Source of the DNA: Nannocystis bainbridge
GTDB lineage: Bacteria > Myxococcota_A > Polyangia > Nannocystales > Nannocystaceae
DNA length: 64,000 nt
Assembly (NCBI RefSeq): GCF_028368995.1
Contig: NZ_JAQNDL010000003.1
Span: 32,001 to 96,000 of the forward strand
Reading direction: 5' to 3'
Shown here piece by piece: positions 47,489-59,443 of this stretch; the stretch's first letter is position 1; every line of letters begins with the position of its first letter. The translations under genes and the position numbers were made by a program. The notes beneath the pieces are model-generated. The model was not told where the DNA came from. It saw only the letters and a list, made by a program, of their open reading frames with translations, and made no database searches.

Positions 47489-48370
47489 ATGCTCCGACGA
47501 ATCGCAGCACTCATGTCCCTCCGCTCGCTCTCCGTGGCGACCGGTTTCACCGTGGCGTCGGCCGCGGCGGTCGCCGCCGCGGAGCAGCCCGAGGCCGTCG
47601 AGTTCGCCTCGGCCGACCGACAGGCCACGCCGCTCACCGGCTACCTGTACCGCCCGGCCGGCCCGGGCCCGTTCCCCGCCGTGATCGCGCTGCACGGCTG
47701 CGGCGGGCTGTTCGGCGCCCGCACCCCGCAGCAACTGTCGGAGCGCCACGACGACTGGGCCGAGCGGCTGGTGCGGCAGGGCTACGTCGTGTTCTTCCCC
47801 GACAGCTTCGGCTCGCGCGGCGTCGGCAACGTGTGCAAGCAACGGTCACGGCAAGTCACCCTCGGGCGGCGCACCCGCGACATTCAGGGCGCGCTCGCCT
47901 GGCTCGGCCAGCAATCGTTCATCGACGAAGATCGCCTGGCGCTGCTCGGCTGGTCGCAAGGCGCCACCACCGTGCTGCAGTTCGCCGGCGAGCGGCCCAC
48001 GCGGGGCGCCGAGGTCCGCACCACGGTCGCGTTTTATCCCGGGTGCCAGCGCTTCCTCGACGATCCGGACTGGCGGCCGCGGCTGCCGCTCACGATCTTG
48101 ATCGGCGCCGCCGACGACTGGACGCCCGCCCAGCCGTGCCGGCTGCTGTCGCAGCGATTTCCGGGGAAGATCGACCTCGTGGAGTATCCGGGCGCGGTGC
48201 ACGGCTTCGACGCGCCCCACCAGCCGGTCCGCCTGCACCGCGGCCTGGCGTACACGGCCTCGGGCACCGGCGTCGCCCACTCGGGGACCGAACCGGAGGC
48301 GCGCAAGGAGGCGATCCGCACGGTCAAGCTACAGCTGAATCGGGCGTTCGCCAGCCCCAGCTCGCGCTGA
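47489..48370 (+). CDS. Dienelactone hydrolase family alpha/beta hydrolase (exported)
   Basis: LHGCGG, GWSQG nucleophile elbow, FYPGC, DDWT, YPGAVHGFD. GAGG upstream of ATG 47489. Confidence 0.9.
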   Translation: MLRRIAALMSLRSLSVATGFTVASAAAVAAAEQPEAVEFASADRQATPLTGYLYRPAGPGPFPAVIALHGCGGLFGARTPQQLSERHDDWAERLVRQGYVVFFPDSFGSRGVGNVCKQRSRQVTLGRRTRDIQGALAWLGQQSFIDEDRLALLGWSQGATTVLQFAGERPTRGAEVRTTVAFYPGCQRFLDDPDWRPRLPLTILIGAADDWTPAQPCRLLSQRFPGKIDLVEYPGAVHGFDAPHQPVRLHRGLAYTASGTGVAHSGTEPEARKEAIRTVKLQLNRAFASPSSR

Positions 48371-48416
48371 GGCGCAGCCGGGCCGGACGCTTGCGATTGT
48401 GGGCACCCGCGCTCCC

Positions 48417-48986
48417 ATGACGCTCCGCACGCCCGCCGCGGCAAGCTCATGGCTCGAGCATCGAGCGAAGCGATACCCTCTCCGCGTGACCGGCGAGCAG
48501 CACGCGGGCGAGACGGAGCCGCCCGACACGGCGCGTCGCGGCGTCATCCGGTTCGGCTGGAAGACCGGCCTGCTGCTCCCGTTCGCCGCGCTGATCACCG
48601 CGACGACCCTCGCCGGGTTCGCGCGCATCATCCAGGACCACCTCGCCGTCCGCTACGATCGATGGTTCGAGCTCGGGATGGTGACAGGTCAGGTCGTCTT
48701 CCAGTGGGCAGTGCTGTGGCGCCGCTCCTGGGCCGAGCGGCTCGACTACGCGGTGATCCTGCTGTTCGTCTCGAGCCTCGGGGCCGCGCTGCTGTGGCCG
48801 CTGCTGGTTTGGAATGAATCCTCACCGGTCCGGCCGCTCGCGGCCACGGCCTACTTCTTCGCGGTCGTCGCGGTGATATTCGTCGTCCACGTGCGACTGG
48901 TGCGGCAGGCCGCGCTGCCGCTGATCCTCTGCATGACGTGGGTGGCGTACCGGCTGATCATCCTGGCGATCGTGCTGCCGCGTTGA
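48417..48986 (+). CDS. Hypothetical integral membrane protein
   Basis: About five hydrophobic segments, GC3-biased codons. Confidence 0.75.
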   Translation: MTLRTPAAASSWLEHRAKRYPLRVTGEQHAGETEPPDTARRGVIRFGWKTGLLLPFAALITATTLAGFARIIQDHLAVRYDRWFELGMVTGQVVFQWAVLWRRSWAERLDYAVILLFVSSLGAALLWPLLVWNESSPVRPLAATAYFFAVVAVIFVVHVRLVRQAALPLILCMTWVAYRLIILAIVLPR

Positions 48987-49165
48987 TCTTCATCGCCGCG
49001 CCGCCAGGCTCGCCCCCGTTCCGACATTCGCCGGAGTACCAACATTCGCCACGCAGGCACGGCGCCGCCGCGAGCGCCTCGAGTCGGGCTCGCACGTGAA
49101 CTCCGGCAGCGGAACCTGCCCGCTCTCCTCGAGCCGCAGCGCGGCGGTGGCCGCGACGCCGGGCG

Positions 49166-51001
49166 CTATTCGGCCACCGCATCGGCGCGGACCATGGGCC
49201 GTGGCGCGCGGAGCTTGTGGAGGGCCGTCTCTGCCCAATCGTAGGCGTAAAGGGCGGCGAACAGCCCCACGGCCGCCTGGTGCCGCAGGCGGATCACCCA
49301 GCGCAGCCGCCCCTCGAAGGAGATCGGCAGGCGCTGGACCCACGATGCCCCGCCGGACTTCACCACGTCGAGCGCCGACAGCGTGACGACCTTGCCCATC
49401 TTCAGCAGCGGCAGTCGCCACAGGGGCGGCAAGGGCTTCGTGAAGCCGACGATGGTCTTGAGCGTGGGCCCGCCGATCCCATGATCGAGCCGGAACCGCG
49501 CCCGCTCCGCGATGGCGGATTGCAGGGCCCGCTGGATCGCCTGCACGCGCTCAGGGGACAGCCAGCGCCAGGCCGTGGTCTGCGAGAAATAAAGGCACCG
49601 CTCGAGCCGGTCCCGGATCGCCCGCAGCTCCGGCGTCTCCCTCGACGTGTCGCCCTCGGTGTCGATGAGCCAGCGCACCAGGTCGGCGCGCACTGGCCCC
49701 GACGCGAACAGGACCACAAAATCGAGGAGGTGGGACAGCGCGAAGAAGCGGCTGTCCGCGATGGCCGGCGAGTACTTCTCGCGCACCATGTTTCGCATGA
49801 TCTGCCAGTCTTGCGCCGTGGCGTCGTTCACTCGATCGATATAGGCCCGATCGAGGCGATGCTCGTGCACGTCGCGCTCGATGATGTTGGCGATGTGCCA
49901 CGAGGTCACCATCGCCAGCGAGATCCCCTGGCTGTAGTAGGCGTCGATGATGGACGCGGCGTCGCCGACCATGCCGTAGCGCTGCTCGCTCACGAACGTG
50001 TCGGTCAGGTGTTGCACGTCGCGGTAGCTGCGAAACTCGAGCAGGGTGTCCTCGGAGATCAATCCATCCAACACCGGGTGACGGTGAATGACTTCCCAGA
50101 ATTTCTCGCGCAGCGAGGAGCCTGCCGGCGGCAGGCGCTGGTCCCACGTGACCCCGATGCTGATGCGGTCGCCGCCGAGCCGGATGACCCAGATCCAATA
50201 CCCCTCTCCCCACATGTGCACCGTGAAGTAGTCACGCGAGCTCTTTTCACCGTCCTCGTCATTAAAAACCCAGCGCTCGCCGAACAGCGCGTCGGTCACC
50301 CCGCTGAACTGGCCCCACGCGGCCGTCGTCTGGAAGCCGTCGTCGATGTCGACCGCGTGCTTCATCTTCTTGGCCAGGAACCGGTTTCGGCCCGAGCAAT
50401 CCAGCACCCAGCGGACACGCGCGCTCGCTGGCTTTCCGTCTCGGCTGGACGACCAGAGGACCGTGTGCAGCCCGCTGCCCTCGTCGAGCAGCACGTCGCG
50501 GACCTTCGCGGTGTCGCAGAGCGTGATCTTGGGGTGGCTCCGCACCTGCTCGCACATGAAGCGCTCCAGCTCGGGGCGGACCATCTGCATGTCGAGGAAC
50601 ATGCACCGCGACCACTTGTCGCCGCACAGCTTCTCGTAGAGATAGTGAGGCGGATGGAAATCGGCCTGCGCCCCCCACTCGGACGCCCCCTCGAAGCCCT
50701 GCGCGCCCTCCGTGCCGTGCGTCATCCACACGCCCCGCTTGGGGAAGCACTGCGGCAGAAACGGCTCCACGCCGCCGATCGTCCGCAAAAAGGCGTTGGT
50801 GAACAGCAGCATCGACTCGCCGACCTTGTAGCTCTCTTTCCGATCGGTCAGGTTGTCGACGATCACCACGCGGAGGCCGCGCTTCGCAAGCTGGAGGGCG
50901 TTGAAGAGGCCCAGCATGCCCGCGCCGATGATTGCGACGTCCGCCTCGACGCCCTCGGACACCGAGACCCCGGCCGCGGGATCGAACTCGCCGTTATCCA
51001 T
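49166..51001 (-). CDS. Flavin-dependent halogenase-like FAD oxidoreductase
   Basis: IIGAGMLG, KVGES, FPKRG (catalytic-Lys position), DCSGR, YWIWVIRL (WxWxI), GDAASIIDAYYSQG. Confidence 0.85.
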   Translation of the reverse strand: MDNGEFDPAAGVSVSEGVEADVAIIGAGMLGLFNALQLAKRGLRVVIVDNLTDRKESYKVGESMLLFTNAFLRTIGGVEPFLPQCFPKRGVWMTHGTEGAQGFEGASEWGAQADFHPPHYLYEKLCGDKWSRCMFLDMQMVRPELERFMCEQVRSHPKITLCDTAKVRDVLLDEGSGLHTVLWSSSRDGKPASARVRWVLDCSGRNRFLAKKMKHAVDIDDGFQTTAAWGQFSGVTDALFGERWVFNDEDGEKSSRDYFTVHMWGEGYWIWVIRLGGDRISIGVTWDQRLPPAGSSLREKFWEVIHRHPVLDGLISEDTLLEFRSYRDVQHLTDTFVSEQRYGMVGDAASIIDAYYSQGISLAMVTSWHIANIIERDVHEHRLDRAYIDRVNDATAQDWQIMRNMVREKYSPAIADSRFFALSHLLDFVVLFASGPVRADLVRWLIDTEGDTSRETPELRAIRDRLERCLYFSQTTAWRWLSPERVQAIQRALQSAIAERARFRLDHGIGGPTLKTIVGFTKPLPPLWRLPLLKMGKVVTLSALDVVKSGGASWVQRLPISFEGRLRWVIRLRHQAAVGLFAALYAYDWAETALHKLRAPRPMVRADAVAE

Positions 51002-51079
51002 ACCCAGATCCTTTCTCCAATTGTGCCACCGACCTCGGCCGGCGACAGACTCGAACCACCGCAGCGCCGCCTCAGCCGA

Positions 51080-51748
51080 TCACGGCCGCTGCCCGTCCAT
51101 CCCCTCGCGCGGGTCGCCGTACAGGGAGAAGCTCCGCAGGAACAACTCGCGGAATTGGGCGTTGCCGCGGAGGACGTGCACGATGAGGTGAAAGCGGTCG
51201 ACCTGGCTGTCGTTGACGACGGAATGCTCATAGCTGAGGTTGACCGCGAAGGCCCGCCCGTCGGCGAACGGGACCTCATGGACGACGCCTCGATCGCGGT
51301 AGAGGAACCGACAGCCCGCCGGATGGTTGAGCGCGATCGAGATCGAGGCGAGCTTGCGCTCGCTGTAATCGGCATGGAAGGGGACCCGCCCCCCCGGCCG
51401 GAGCAACATCAGCCGGACCCGGCCGAACTGCGCCTCCGGGAACGTGGTCTTGACATAGGCCGTCGTCGCGGGGCACAGGTCGGCCGCGTCCGTCCACTGG
51501 TACGCGTCCGCCTGGCCGGCCTCCGGGACCCCATAGGCCTCGAACCCGAGCGTCTTGTCGCTCCCCAGCCCGTGAAGGGCGAGGGCCTTCCAGCGGCCGT
51601 CCGGGACCTCGCCCTCGCGGTGATCCACGAATCGGGGGATGCGGCTCGCGGCCTCGGCGAGCATGGCCTCGCCCGGCGGCGGGATGTCCAGCCGCAGATA
51701 CGGCATGTCACTGTGAACGATGGAACCGTAGGAGCGTTCGTGATTCAT
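51080..51748 (-). CDS. Aspartyl/asparaginyl beta-hydroxylase-like Fe(II)/2OG oxygenase
   Basis: RVRLMLLRPGG--PFHAD (HxD), HSVVN, DRFHLIVH. ATG 51748 overlaps the upstream stop (ATGA). Confidence 0.88.
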   Translation of the reverse strand: MNHERSYGSIVHSDMPYLRLDIPPPGEAMLAEAASRIPRFVDHREGEVPDGRWKALALHGLGSDKTLGFEAYGVPEAGQADAYQWTDAADLCPATTAYVKTTFPEAQFGRVRLMLLRPGGRVPFHADYSERKLASISIALNHPAGCRFLYRDRGVVHEVPFADGRAFAVNLSYEHSVVNDSQVDRFHLIVHVLRGNAQFRELFLRSFSLYGDPREGMDGQRP

Positions 51749-52449
51749 GACATATTCCCGAGGTGCTCGGCCCGGGCGCTCGCCGCCCGGGCGACCGCGC
51801 CCATCCATTCATCGCGTGTGCGGGCGCGTACATGCTCAAGGCCTCGCTGGAGCACCTCGGCGTCGTGCCGCGCCATCCCGTGCGCAGCCGCGAGCGCCAG
51901 AGCTCTCAACGCCCCGGCCGGAACGACACGGGACACCAGCCTCCGCCGCTCCGCCTCCTGTGCGCCGATCAGGGCGCCGTCCAGCGCCAGCTCCAGCGCG
52001 TGCGCTTCGCCGATTCGCCGCGACACCGCCGGGAACACGAGATACGGCCAGAGCCTGCGCGTGACCTCCGGGAGCCCGAACTGGGCGTCGTCGGCGGCGA
52101 AGATGACATCTCCCAGGACGGCGAGCCCGAGGCCGCCGCCGACGGCGTGGCCCTGGACCGCGGTGATCAGGGGCTTCGAGAGCCACGCAAAGGCGGAGAA
52201 GAGCCGCTCGTGCGCGGGCGTCGTCTGCGACGCGCCGGCCTCCTTGAGATCGAGCCCCGCGCAAAACGACGGACCATCGCTTTGCAACAACAACACCCTG
52301 ATATCACCGGCGGCGGCGGCACCTTCGAACTCTTTTAGAAGCCCGTCACAGGTCGCGGCGTCGAGCGCGTTTCGCTTTTCGGGCCGGCTGATTGTCATGA
52401 TCCGCACGCCGCGATCGGTCTCGCCAACTACAGTCGTCCGCCCCACCAT
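51745..52449 (-). CDS. Enoyl-CoA hydratase/isomerase (crotonase) family protein
   Basis: RPEKRNAL, FCAGLDL, KPLITAVQG-AVGGGLGL, FGLPEV. Confidence 0.92.
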   Translation of the reverse strand: MVGRTTVVGETDRGVRIMTISRPEKRNALDAATCDGLLKEFEGAAAAGDIRVLLLQSDGPSFCAGLDLKEAGASQTTPAHERLFSAFAWLSKPLITAVQGHAVGGGLGLAVLGDVIFAADDAQFGLPEVTRRLWPYLVFPAVSRRIGEAHALELALDGALIGAQEAERRRLVSRVVPAGALRALALAAAHGMARHDAEVLQRGLEHVRARTRDEWMGAVARAASARAEHLGNMS

Positions 52450-53128
52450 GCGCGGCAACCTATCTCCCAGTGAAGCCGCGAGCAAGCGCCAAGCACTGCG
52501 CGTTCCCGTCGATTGGAGAGATGCGGAGGAGGCCGGGGTTCGTCGGGAACACCGGGGGGTGAGATTCGCCTCGCGGCGTAGGCACTGGCGCGGATTGGTC
52601 CATCGTGATCACTATGATCGACATCGCGTCGATCGGCATCGCGCCGCTCGGCATCGTGACTGCATCGATCGAAGTCGTGATCGCGCCGATCGGTTTCGCT
52701 AACACCGGCTGGCGCGCAGGCCGGCGGCCGAGCCGCTCACGGAACGGAGGGTCCCCAGGGTGTTACGAGTCGCCGAATGCGCGGAGAGGCGAGACCGACG
52801 CTGAATCACCGGCTCTTCGATACCCCGAGATTCGCCCGCGTTGCAAAGCGCGGAGCATTCATAATCTGAGGGTCTCCGTCCGGGCTTTGGTCAATCGGCT
52901 TCACCGCCTTCTCATCAGTGAATGGCGCTATCGAAGATTCCTGATTGAGAACCAGGATGCGCGAACCGAGGAACCGAACCACATTGCTAGCGAGAGATCG
53001 CAGACGCTCGAGCATGTATTTGGGCTCTCGCCTGAGCGCACGTCCATCTCCGGCTGTTCTGGCGCCACGGTTCGGCACCAACGGATGCCGCCGTGAAGTC
53101 GATTCTTTGGCGCCTGCGCCTGGACTTG

Positions 53129-55276
<2,148 letters not shown>

Positions 55277-55295
55277 AGCCCGAGGACTCAAGACC

Positions 55296-56021
55296 ATGCC
55301 TACCACTACACACGAACCTTCGGGTCTCATCGCCATCCGCGCCCTCGTCGACCTGGAGCGCGAGCGCCAGGACCGCGAGCAGGCCGCCGCAGCCGCCCGC
55401 GAGGCCGCCGAGGCCGCTGCCCGCGAGGTCGCCGAGGCCCGCGCCCGCGCCGAAGCCGAGGCCCTGGCCCTGGCCGCCGCCGAGGCCCGGCGCCGCGACG
55501 AGCGCCGGCTGCACGAGGAGCGACTGCGCGCCGCCGAGGTCGAGGGCCGGCTGCGGGCCGGCCAGGCGGCTCACCTGGCGCAGGTGCAGGCCGAGCTCGA
55601 CGCCCGGACCGGCCCCGCGCGCCCGGCCAGCGCCGTCGGCCTGTGGACCGCCGGCGCCCTCGGCCTCGTCGGCCTCGGCCTCGCGGTGCTGCTGAAGACC
55701 GCCACCGCCGCGCCCGCGCCCGCGCTCGCGCCGGTGGCCGCCGCCGAGGACACCTCGCTCCGCGACGCCCGCCAGGCGATCGCCGAGCTCCGGGCCGGCA
55801 TCGCCGACATCGAGCGCAGCAACGAGGCCGACCGCCAGGCCCTCGCCAACGCCACCGCCCGCGCCGCGGCCTCCGTCGTCGCCCCCGCGGCCGCACCCGC
55901 GCCGACGCGCCCGCGCCCGAGCGCCCGCCCGACCGCCAGGCCGGGCGACAAGCCCCCAGTCGCCAAGCCCGGCGGGCTCAAGATCTGCGACACCAACGAC
56001 CCGCTGGCCGAGGACTGCTGA
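55296..56021 (+). CDS. Coiled-coil, single-TM, Pro-rich myxobacterial protein ending in a Cys motif
   Basis: SGLIAIRAL, E/R/A coiled coil, TM (AVGLWTAGALGLVGLGLAVLL), second coil, Pro-rich tail, C-terminal KICDTNDPLAEDC. Confidence 0.8.
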   Translation: MPTTTHEPSGLIAIRALVDLERERQDREQAAAAAREAAEAAAREVAEARARAEAEALALAAAEARRRDERRLHEERLRAAEVEGRLRAGQAAHLAQVQAELDARTGPARPASAVGLWTAGALGLVGLGLAVLLKTATAAPAPALAPVAAAEDTSLRDARQAIAELRAGIADIERSNEADRQALANATARAAASVVAPAAAPAPTRPRPSARPTARPGDKPPVAKPGGLKICDTNDPLAEDC

Positions 56022-56040
56022 TCGTCCTCGTCGCCAGAGA

Positions 56041-56120
56041 CGACATGCCCGATGGATCATGCTCCGAAGGACATGCTCCATCGAGCATGTCCTCGAGGAC
56101 ATGCCCGATGGGGCATGAAC
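56041..56120. repeat. 14-bp-period RRRCATGYYY array (array D, six perfect CATG cores)
   Basis: CATG at 56044, 56058, 56072, 56086, 56100 and 56114, filling most of the 102-bp gap between two convergent stop codons. Confidence 0.92.
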
Positions 56121-56123
56121 TCT

Positions 56124-56753
56124 TCAGCCGCCGGGCCCGCGGGGCAGCCCGCGGGCCGACAGCTCGCGGACCCAGTCGTCGAGGCGGTCGACCGTCGACG
56201 CGCGCAGCGCCGGCGTCTCGGCCAGGCGCTCGCAGGCGGCCACCACCAGCAGCCGGGCCTTGCGCAGGCGGCCGTACATGCCCGGCTCGGACAGCCCGTA
56301 CATGCGCGCCAGCTCGCCCGCGGTGGCGCCCTCGAGGTGGTAGAGCTCGAACGCGATCTGCAGGTCGATCGGCAGCTCGCGCAGCGCTTGCAGCAGGATC
56401 GTCTCCTCGCGCCGGTGGGCCAGCGCGCTGGTCGGCGACGGCCCGAAGCCTGCAAGCGAGTGCTCGATCGGGTCGAGGTGATCGGCGTCGCGGCGCTTGC
56501 GGCGGAGGTGCGTCAGCAGCACCAGCCGCGCCGTCCCGAGCACGTAGGTGCGGAACGCCGACTCGCCGCGGAACCGCTCCTTGCCCTCGCACATCGCCAG
56601 GAACGTCTGCTGGATCAGGTCGGCCGCCGCCGCCTCGCCGACCTTGTAGTAGAAAAACCGGCACACCGCGTCGAAGTGGCGCGCGAGCAGCGAGTCGCCG
56701 GCCGCGCGGTCGCCCGCGCGCCAGGCCGTCAGCAGCTCCTCGTCGCTCGTCAT
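56124..56753 (-). CDS. ECF RNA polymerase sigma factor
   Basis: SDEELL-AWRAGD, DLIQQTFL, RFRGESAFRTYVLG-AR, region 4 ALRELP...LRKAR. Confidence 0.92.
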   Translation of the reverse strand: MTSDEELLTAWRAGDRAAGDSLLARHFDAVCRFFYYKVGEAAAADLIQQTFLAMCEGKERFRGESAFRTYVLGTARLVLLTHLRRKRRDADHLDPIEHSLAGFGPSPTSALAHRREETILLQALRELPIDLQIAFELYHLEGATAGELARMYGLSEPGMYGRLRKARLLVVAACERLAETPALRASTVDRLDDWVRELSARGLPRGPGG

Positions 56754-56790
56754 GGTCGAGCTGCAGTATAGCGGCCGGCGCCGACCGCCG

Positions 56791-57756
56791 TCACGCCGCC
56801 AGCGGCTCGATCCCGTACTCGCGGCGCAGGTCCTCGACCTGGCGATCCATCACCGCCCAGAAGTCCCAGTGATCGGTGAGGTCGAGCTTCGCCTGCGCGC
56901 CGCGGGCGAACGCTCGCACCACGTCGTCGATCGCGCCGGGCTTGTCGTTGTAGTAGCCGTGCGCCGGGTCGGCGAAGACCGTCAGGCGCAGGCCGTGCTG
57001 GCCGTTGAGCAGCACGAACACCAGGACGCTGAACGGGTCCTGGCGCTTGTAGCCGGCCTGGAACGCGAGCACGAGGCCCTCGCTCTGGAAATCGGTGCCG
57101 TAGCCGCCGAGGATGTGCGACAGGTCGTGCGTCAGCAGCGGCTCGGGCGCGCCGTGCTTCTCGCCGGGGAACTTGAAGCCGTTGGCGTCGTAGAAGCGCC
57201 ACAGCTCCTTGCCCAGCGAGCCGTCGGGGTAGTTCGCCAGCCCGCGGTAGCGCCCGGCCACCGCGCTGTTCTCCCACAGCCCGGCGAAGCTGCCGACGTT
57301 CTTGAGCACGCCGAAGAGGCCCTGCTTCTCGTACAGCTGCTTCATCGCCGGGCCGAGCAGGCTGCGGCGGATCACGTCGAAGCGCAGCGCCACCAGCCGC
57401 TCGGTCTGGAACTTGCGCAGCTGCGCCAGCGCGACCGGCTCGACCGCGAGCGCCGCCGCGTAGCCCTCGATCGCCGCCTGCTCCTCCTCGGCCACCGTGT
57501 CGCGGGCGAGCGTCAGCGTGACCATGCCGCTGATCAGCTGGGTCCGCAGCGCCGGGTCGTCGATCGCCTCTGCCAGCGCCGCGGGCGTGATCGGATCGAG
57601 CGCGTCGAGGTCGAACGCGGTGCGCAGCAGGTGCTGCTGGATCGCCAGGAGCGCCTCGCGGCGGATCGGCGCCAGCTCGCCGGCTGAGGTGAGTACGGTC
57701 TTCATGGCGCGAAGGCCGGCGTGGGCTTGCTCGTGGGTCGGGATCAGAAACGTCAT
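56791..57756 (-). CDS. Helical (TerB-like) N-domain + Coq4-like metal-binding domain protein
   Basis: YPDGSLGKELWRFY--NGF-FPGE...HDLSHILGGYGTDFQSE (HDxxH...E). N-terminal half helical (TerB-like by inference). Confidence 0.72.
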   Translation of the reverse strand: MTFLIPTHEQAHAGLRAMKTVLTSAGELAPIRREALLAIQQHLLRTAFDLDALDPITPAALAEAIDDPALRTQLISGMVTLTLARDTVAEEEQAAIEGYAAALAVEPVALAQLRKFQTERLVALRFDVIRRSLLGPAMKQLYEKQGLFGVLKNVGSFAGLWENSAVAGRYRGLANYPDGSLGKELWRFYDANGFKFPGEKHGAPEPLLTHDLSHILGGYGTDFQSEGLVLAFQAGYKRQDPFSVLVFVLLNGQHGLRLTVFADPAHGYYNDKPGAIDDVVRAFARGAQAKLDLTDHWDFWAVMDRQVEDLRREYGIEPLAA

Positions 57757-58066
57757 GGCTCGCTCTCCGTGGCCTCATCGTGCGCCGCCCCGGCCCGCCG
57801 CGCCTTGTCGCAGCGCGCCAACGATTTGTCGCCACGCGTCATCCGCCGCGCACCCTCGGAGCGCACGCGTCATTCGCCGCGCGCGTCTGCACCTCGTCAC
57901 GCGTCATGCGTCGCGCACCCTCGATCGGTCGCCCCGTCACCCGCCGCGCGGCGGCACATCGTCACGCATCATTCATCGCGCGAGCGGCGATGCGTCGGCA
58001 CTCGGCGGGCAACTGCGCCTCGCCGTCGCGCCTCACATCATCAGCCCGTGCTTGCTACCGTCATTC

Positions 58067-59074
58067 TCACCGCGCCTCGCGCTGTCGCCACGCCGACGGC
58101 ACCGACCCGGTCCAGCGGCGGAACGCGCGGGTGAACGCCGCCACCTCGGTGAAGCCGACCAGGAACGCCACCTCCGACACCGTGCGCTGGCCCTCGCGCA
58201 GATAGCCGAGCGACAGGTCGCGCCGCACCTCGTCGACCAGCGCCTGGTACGTCGTGCCCTCGGCTTGCAGCGCGCGCTGCAGCGTGCGCGGGCTGGTCGC
58301 CAGCGCCTTGGCGATCGCCTCGAGCGGCGGCGGCTCGCCCGGCATCGCCCGCACCACCTGCGTCTTCACGCGATGCACCACGTCGTCGCGGGCCGGCAGG
58401 CGCGCCAGCAATTCGTCGGCGTGGCGCTCGAGCAGCGTCCCCAGCGATGGATCGGCGCCGCGGACCGGCGCGTCGAGCAGCTCGGCGCGGAACTCGAACC
58501 CGTTCGCGACCTCGTGGAAGGCCAGCGGCGCCGCGAAGATCCGCCGGTGCGGCTCGATGTCGGCCGGCGTCGCGTGCTGAAACCCGACCCGTCGCGCCGC
58601 GAACGTCGGCCCGACCAGCGCTCGCGCCCGCAGGAACCACGTCGCCACCGCGTACTCCGAGAAGTGCCGCGGCGCGCAGGCCGTCCCGCGCAGGCGCAGC
58701 TGCAGGCGCGCCTGCCCGTCCGCGATCGTCAGCGTCAGCTCGGCGTCGTCGTGGTGCAGGCGTTGATAGCGGAGCATGCGCTCGATCGCCTGCCGCAGCG
58801 TCGGCCCCTGCGCGCACACGTAGTCGACCACGTCGAACGGCGCGTCGCTAAGCTGCTCCGCGGCCCCGAGGCCGAAGCCCGGGTCGCCGCACAGCGCCGG
58901 CACTTGCTCCCACGCGCGCAGGAACAGCGCGTGGGGCACCCGCACGTGCGGGTCGGCGAGCAGGCCCGGATCGAACTCGAGCCGGCGGGCGAGCTCGTCG
59001 GGACCGACGCCGAAGCGCGCCGCCCCGAGCACACACATCCGGATCGCCTTGATGCACGCCGTCGACGGAGTCAT
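58067..59074 (-). CDS. AraC family transcriptional regulator (OruR/VqsM-type N-domain)
   Basis: DPGFGL, SPRTLQRAL--EGTTY--L-DEVRR, VSEVAFLVGF-E-AAFTRAFRRWTG. Confidence 0.94.
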   Translation of the reverse strand: MTPSTACIKAIRMCVLGAARFGVGPDELARRLEFDPGLLADPHVRVPHALFLRAWEQVPALCGDPGFGLGAAEQLSDAPFDVVDYVCAQGPTLRQAIERMLRYQRLHHDDAELTLTIADGQARLQLRLRGTACAPRHFSEYAVATWFLRARALVGPTFAARRVGFQHATPADIEPHRRIFAAPLAFHEVANGFEFRAELLDAPVRGADPSLGTLLERHADELLARLPARDDVVHRVKTQVVRAMPGEPPPLEAIAKALATSPRTLQRALQAEGTTYQALVDEVRRDLSLGYLREGQRTVSEVAFLVGFTEVAAFTRAFRRWTGSVPSAWRQREAR

Positions 59075-59225
59075 GCCCGGACTGAACTTCAGCGCCCCGG
59101 CGCCCTGCCGTCAATCGCCGCGACCCGGGAAAGCCCGGCCCTGCGCGCCTCCGCGGCCGGTGCGAGCGTCCCGGCGCCGGATCGCGCCCACGGATCTGCG
59201 CCCGCGCCTTGGCCGCACCTGGGAT

Positions 59226-59277
59226 GCGTATGACCCTTCGGACATGTCCTTTTCAACATTCTCTATCGGACATGTCC
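59226..59277. repeat. 14-bp-period RRRCATGYYY array (array E)
   Basis: Cores at 59229 (TATG), 59243, 59257 (CATT) and 59271, between the divergent araC and BON genes. Confidence 0.75.
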
Positions 59278-59443
59278 TTGTCGCCAGATTGCCTTCACGC
59301 CTCGGCTCGCTGCGGCCACTACGCACCCCGGCTCGCGCAAGGAACCTCAGGCGCAGCCGCGCGCCGTGCTGCGGCGCGGCGGGCGAAAGATCGTGGTTCA
59401 CGCCGTTCACCGCCCCAATTTGCCGTCCGCGGAGGATCGAACC

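Noticed and set aside
56041-56120. Link between the RRRCATGYYY decamer and the eukaryotic p53 half-site
   Set aside because: The consensus matches, but there is no evidence of a p53-like protein; treated as descriptive coincidence.
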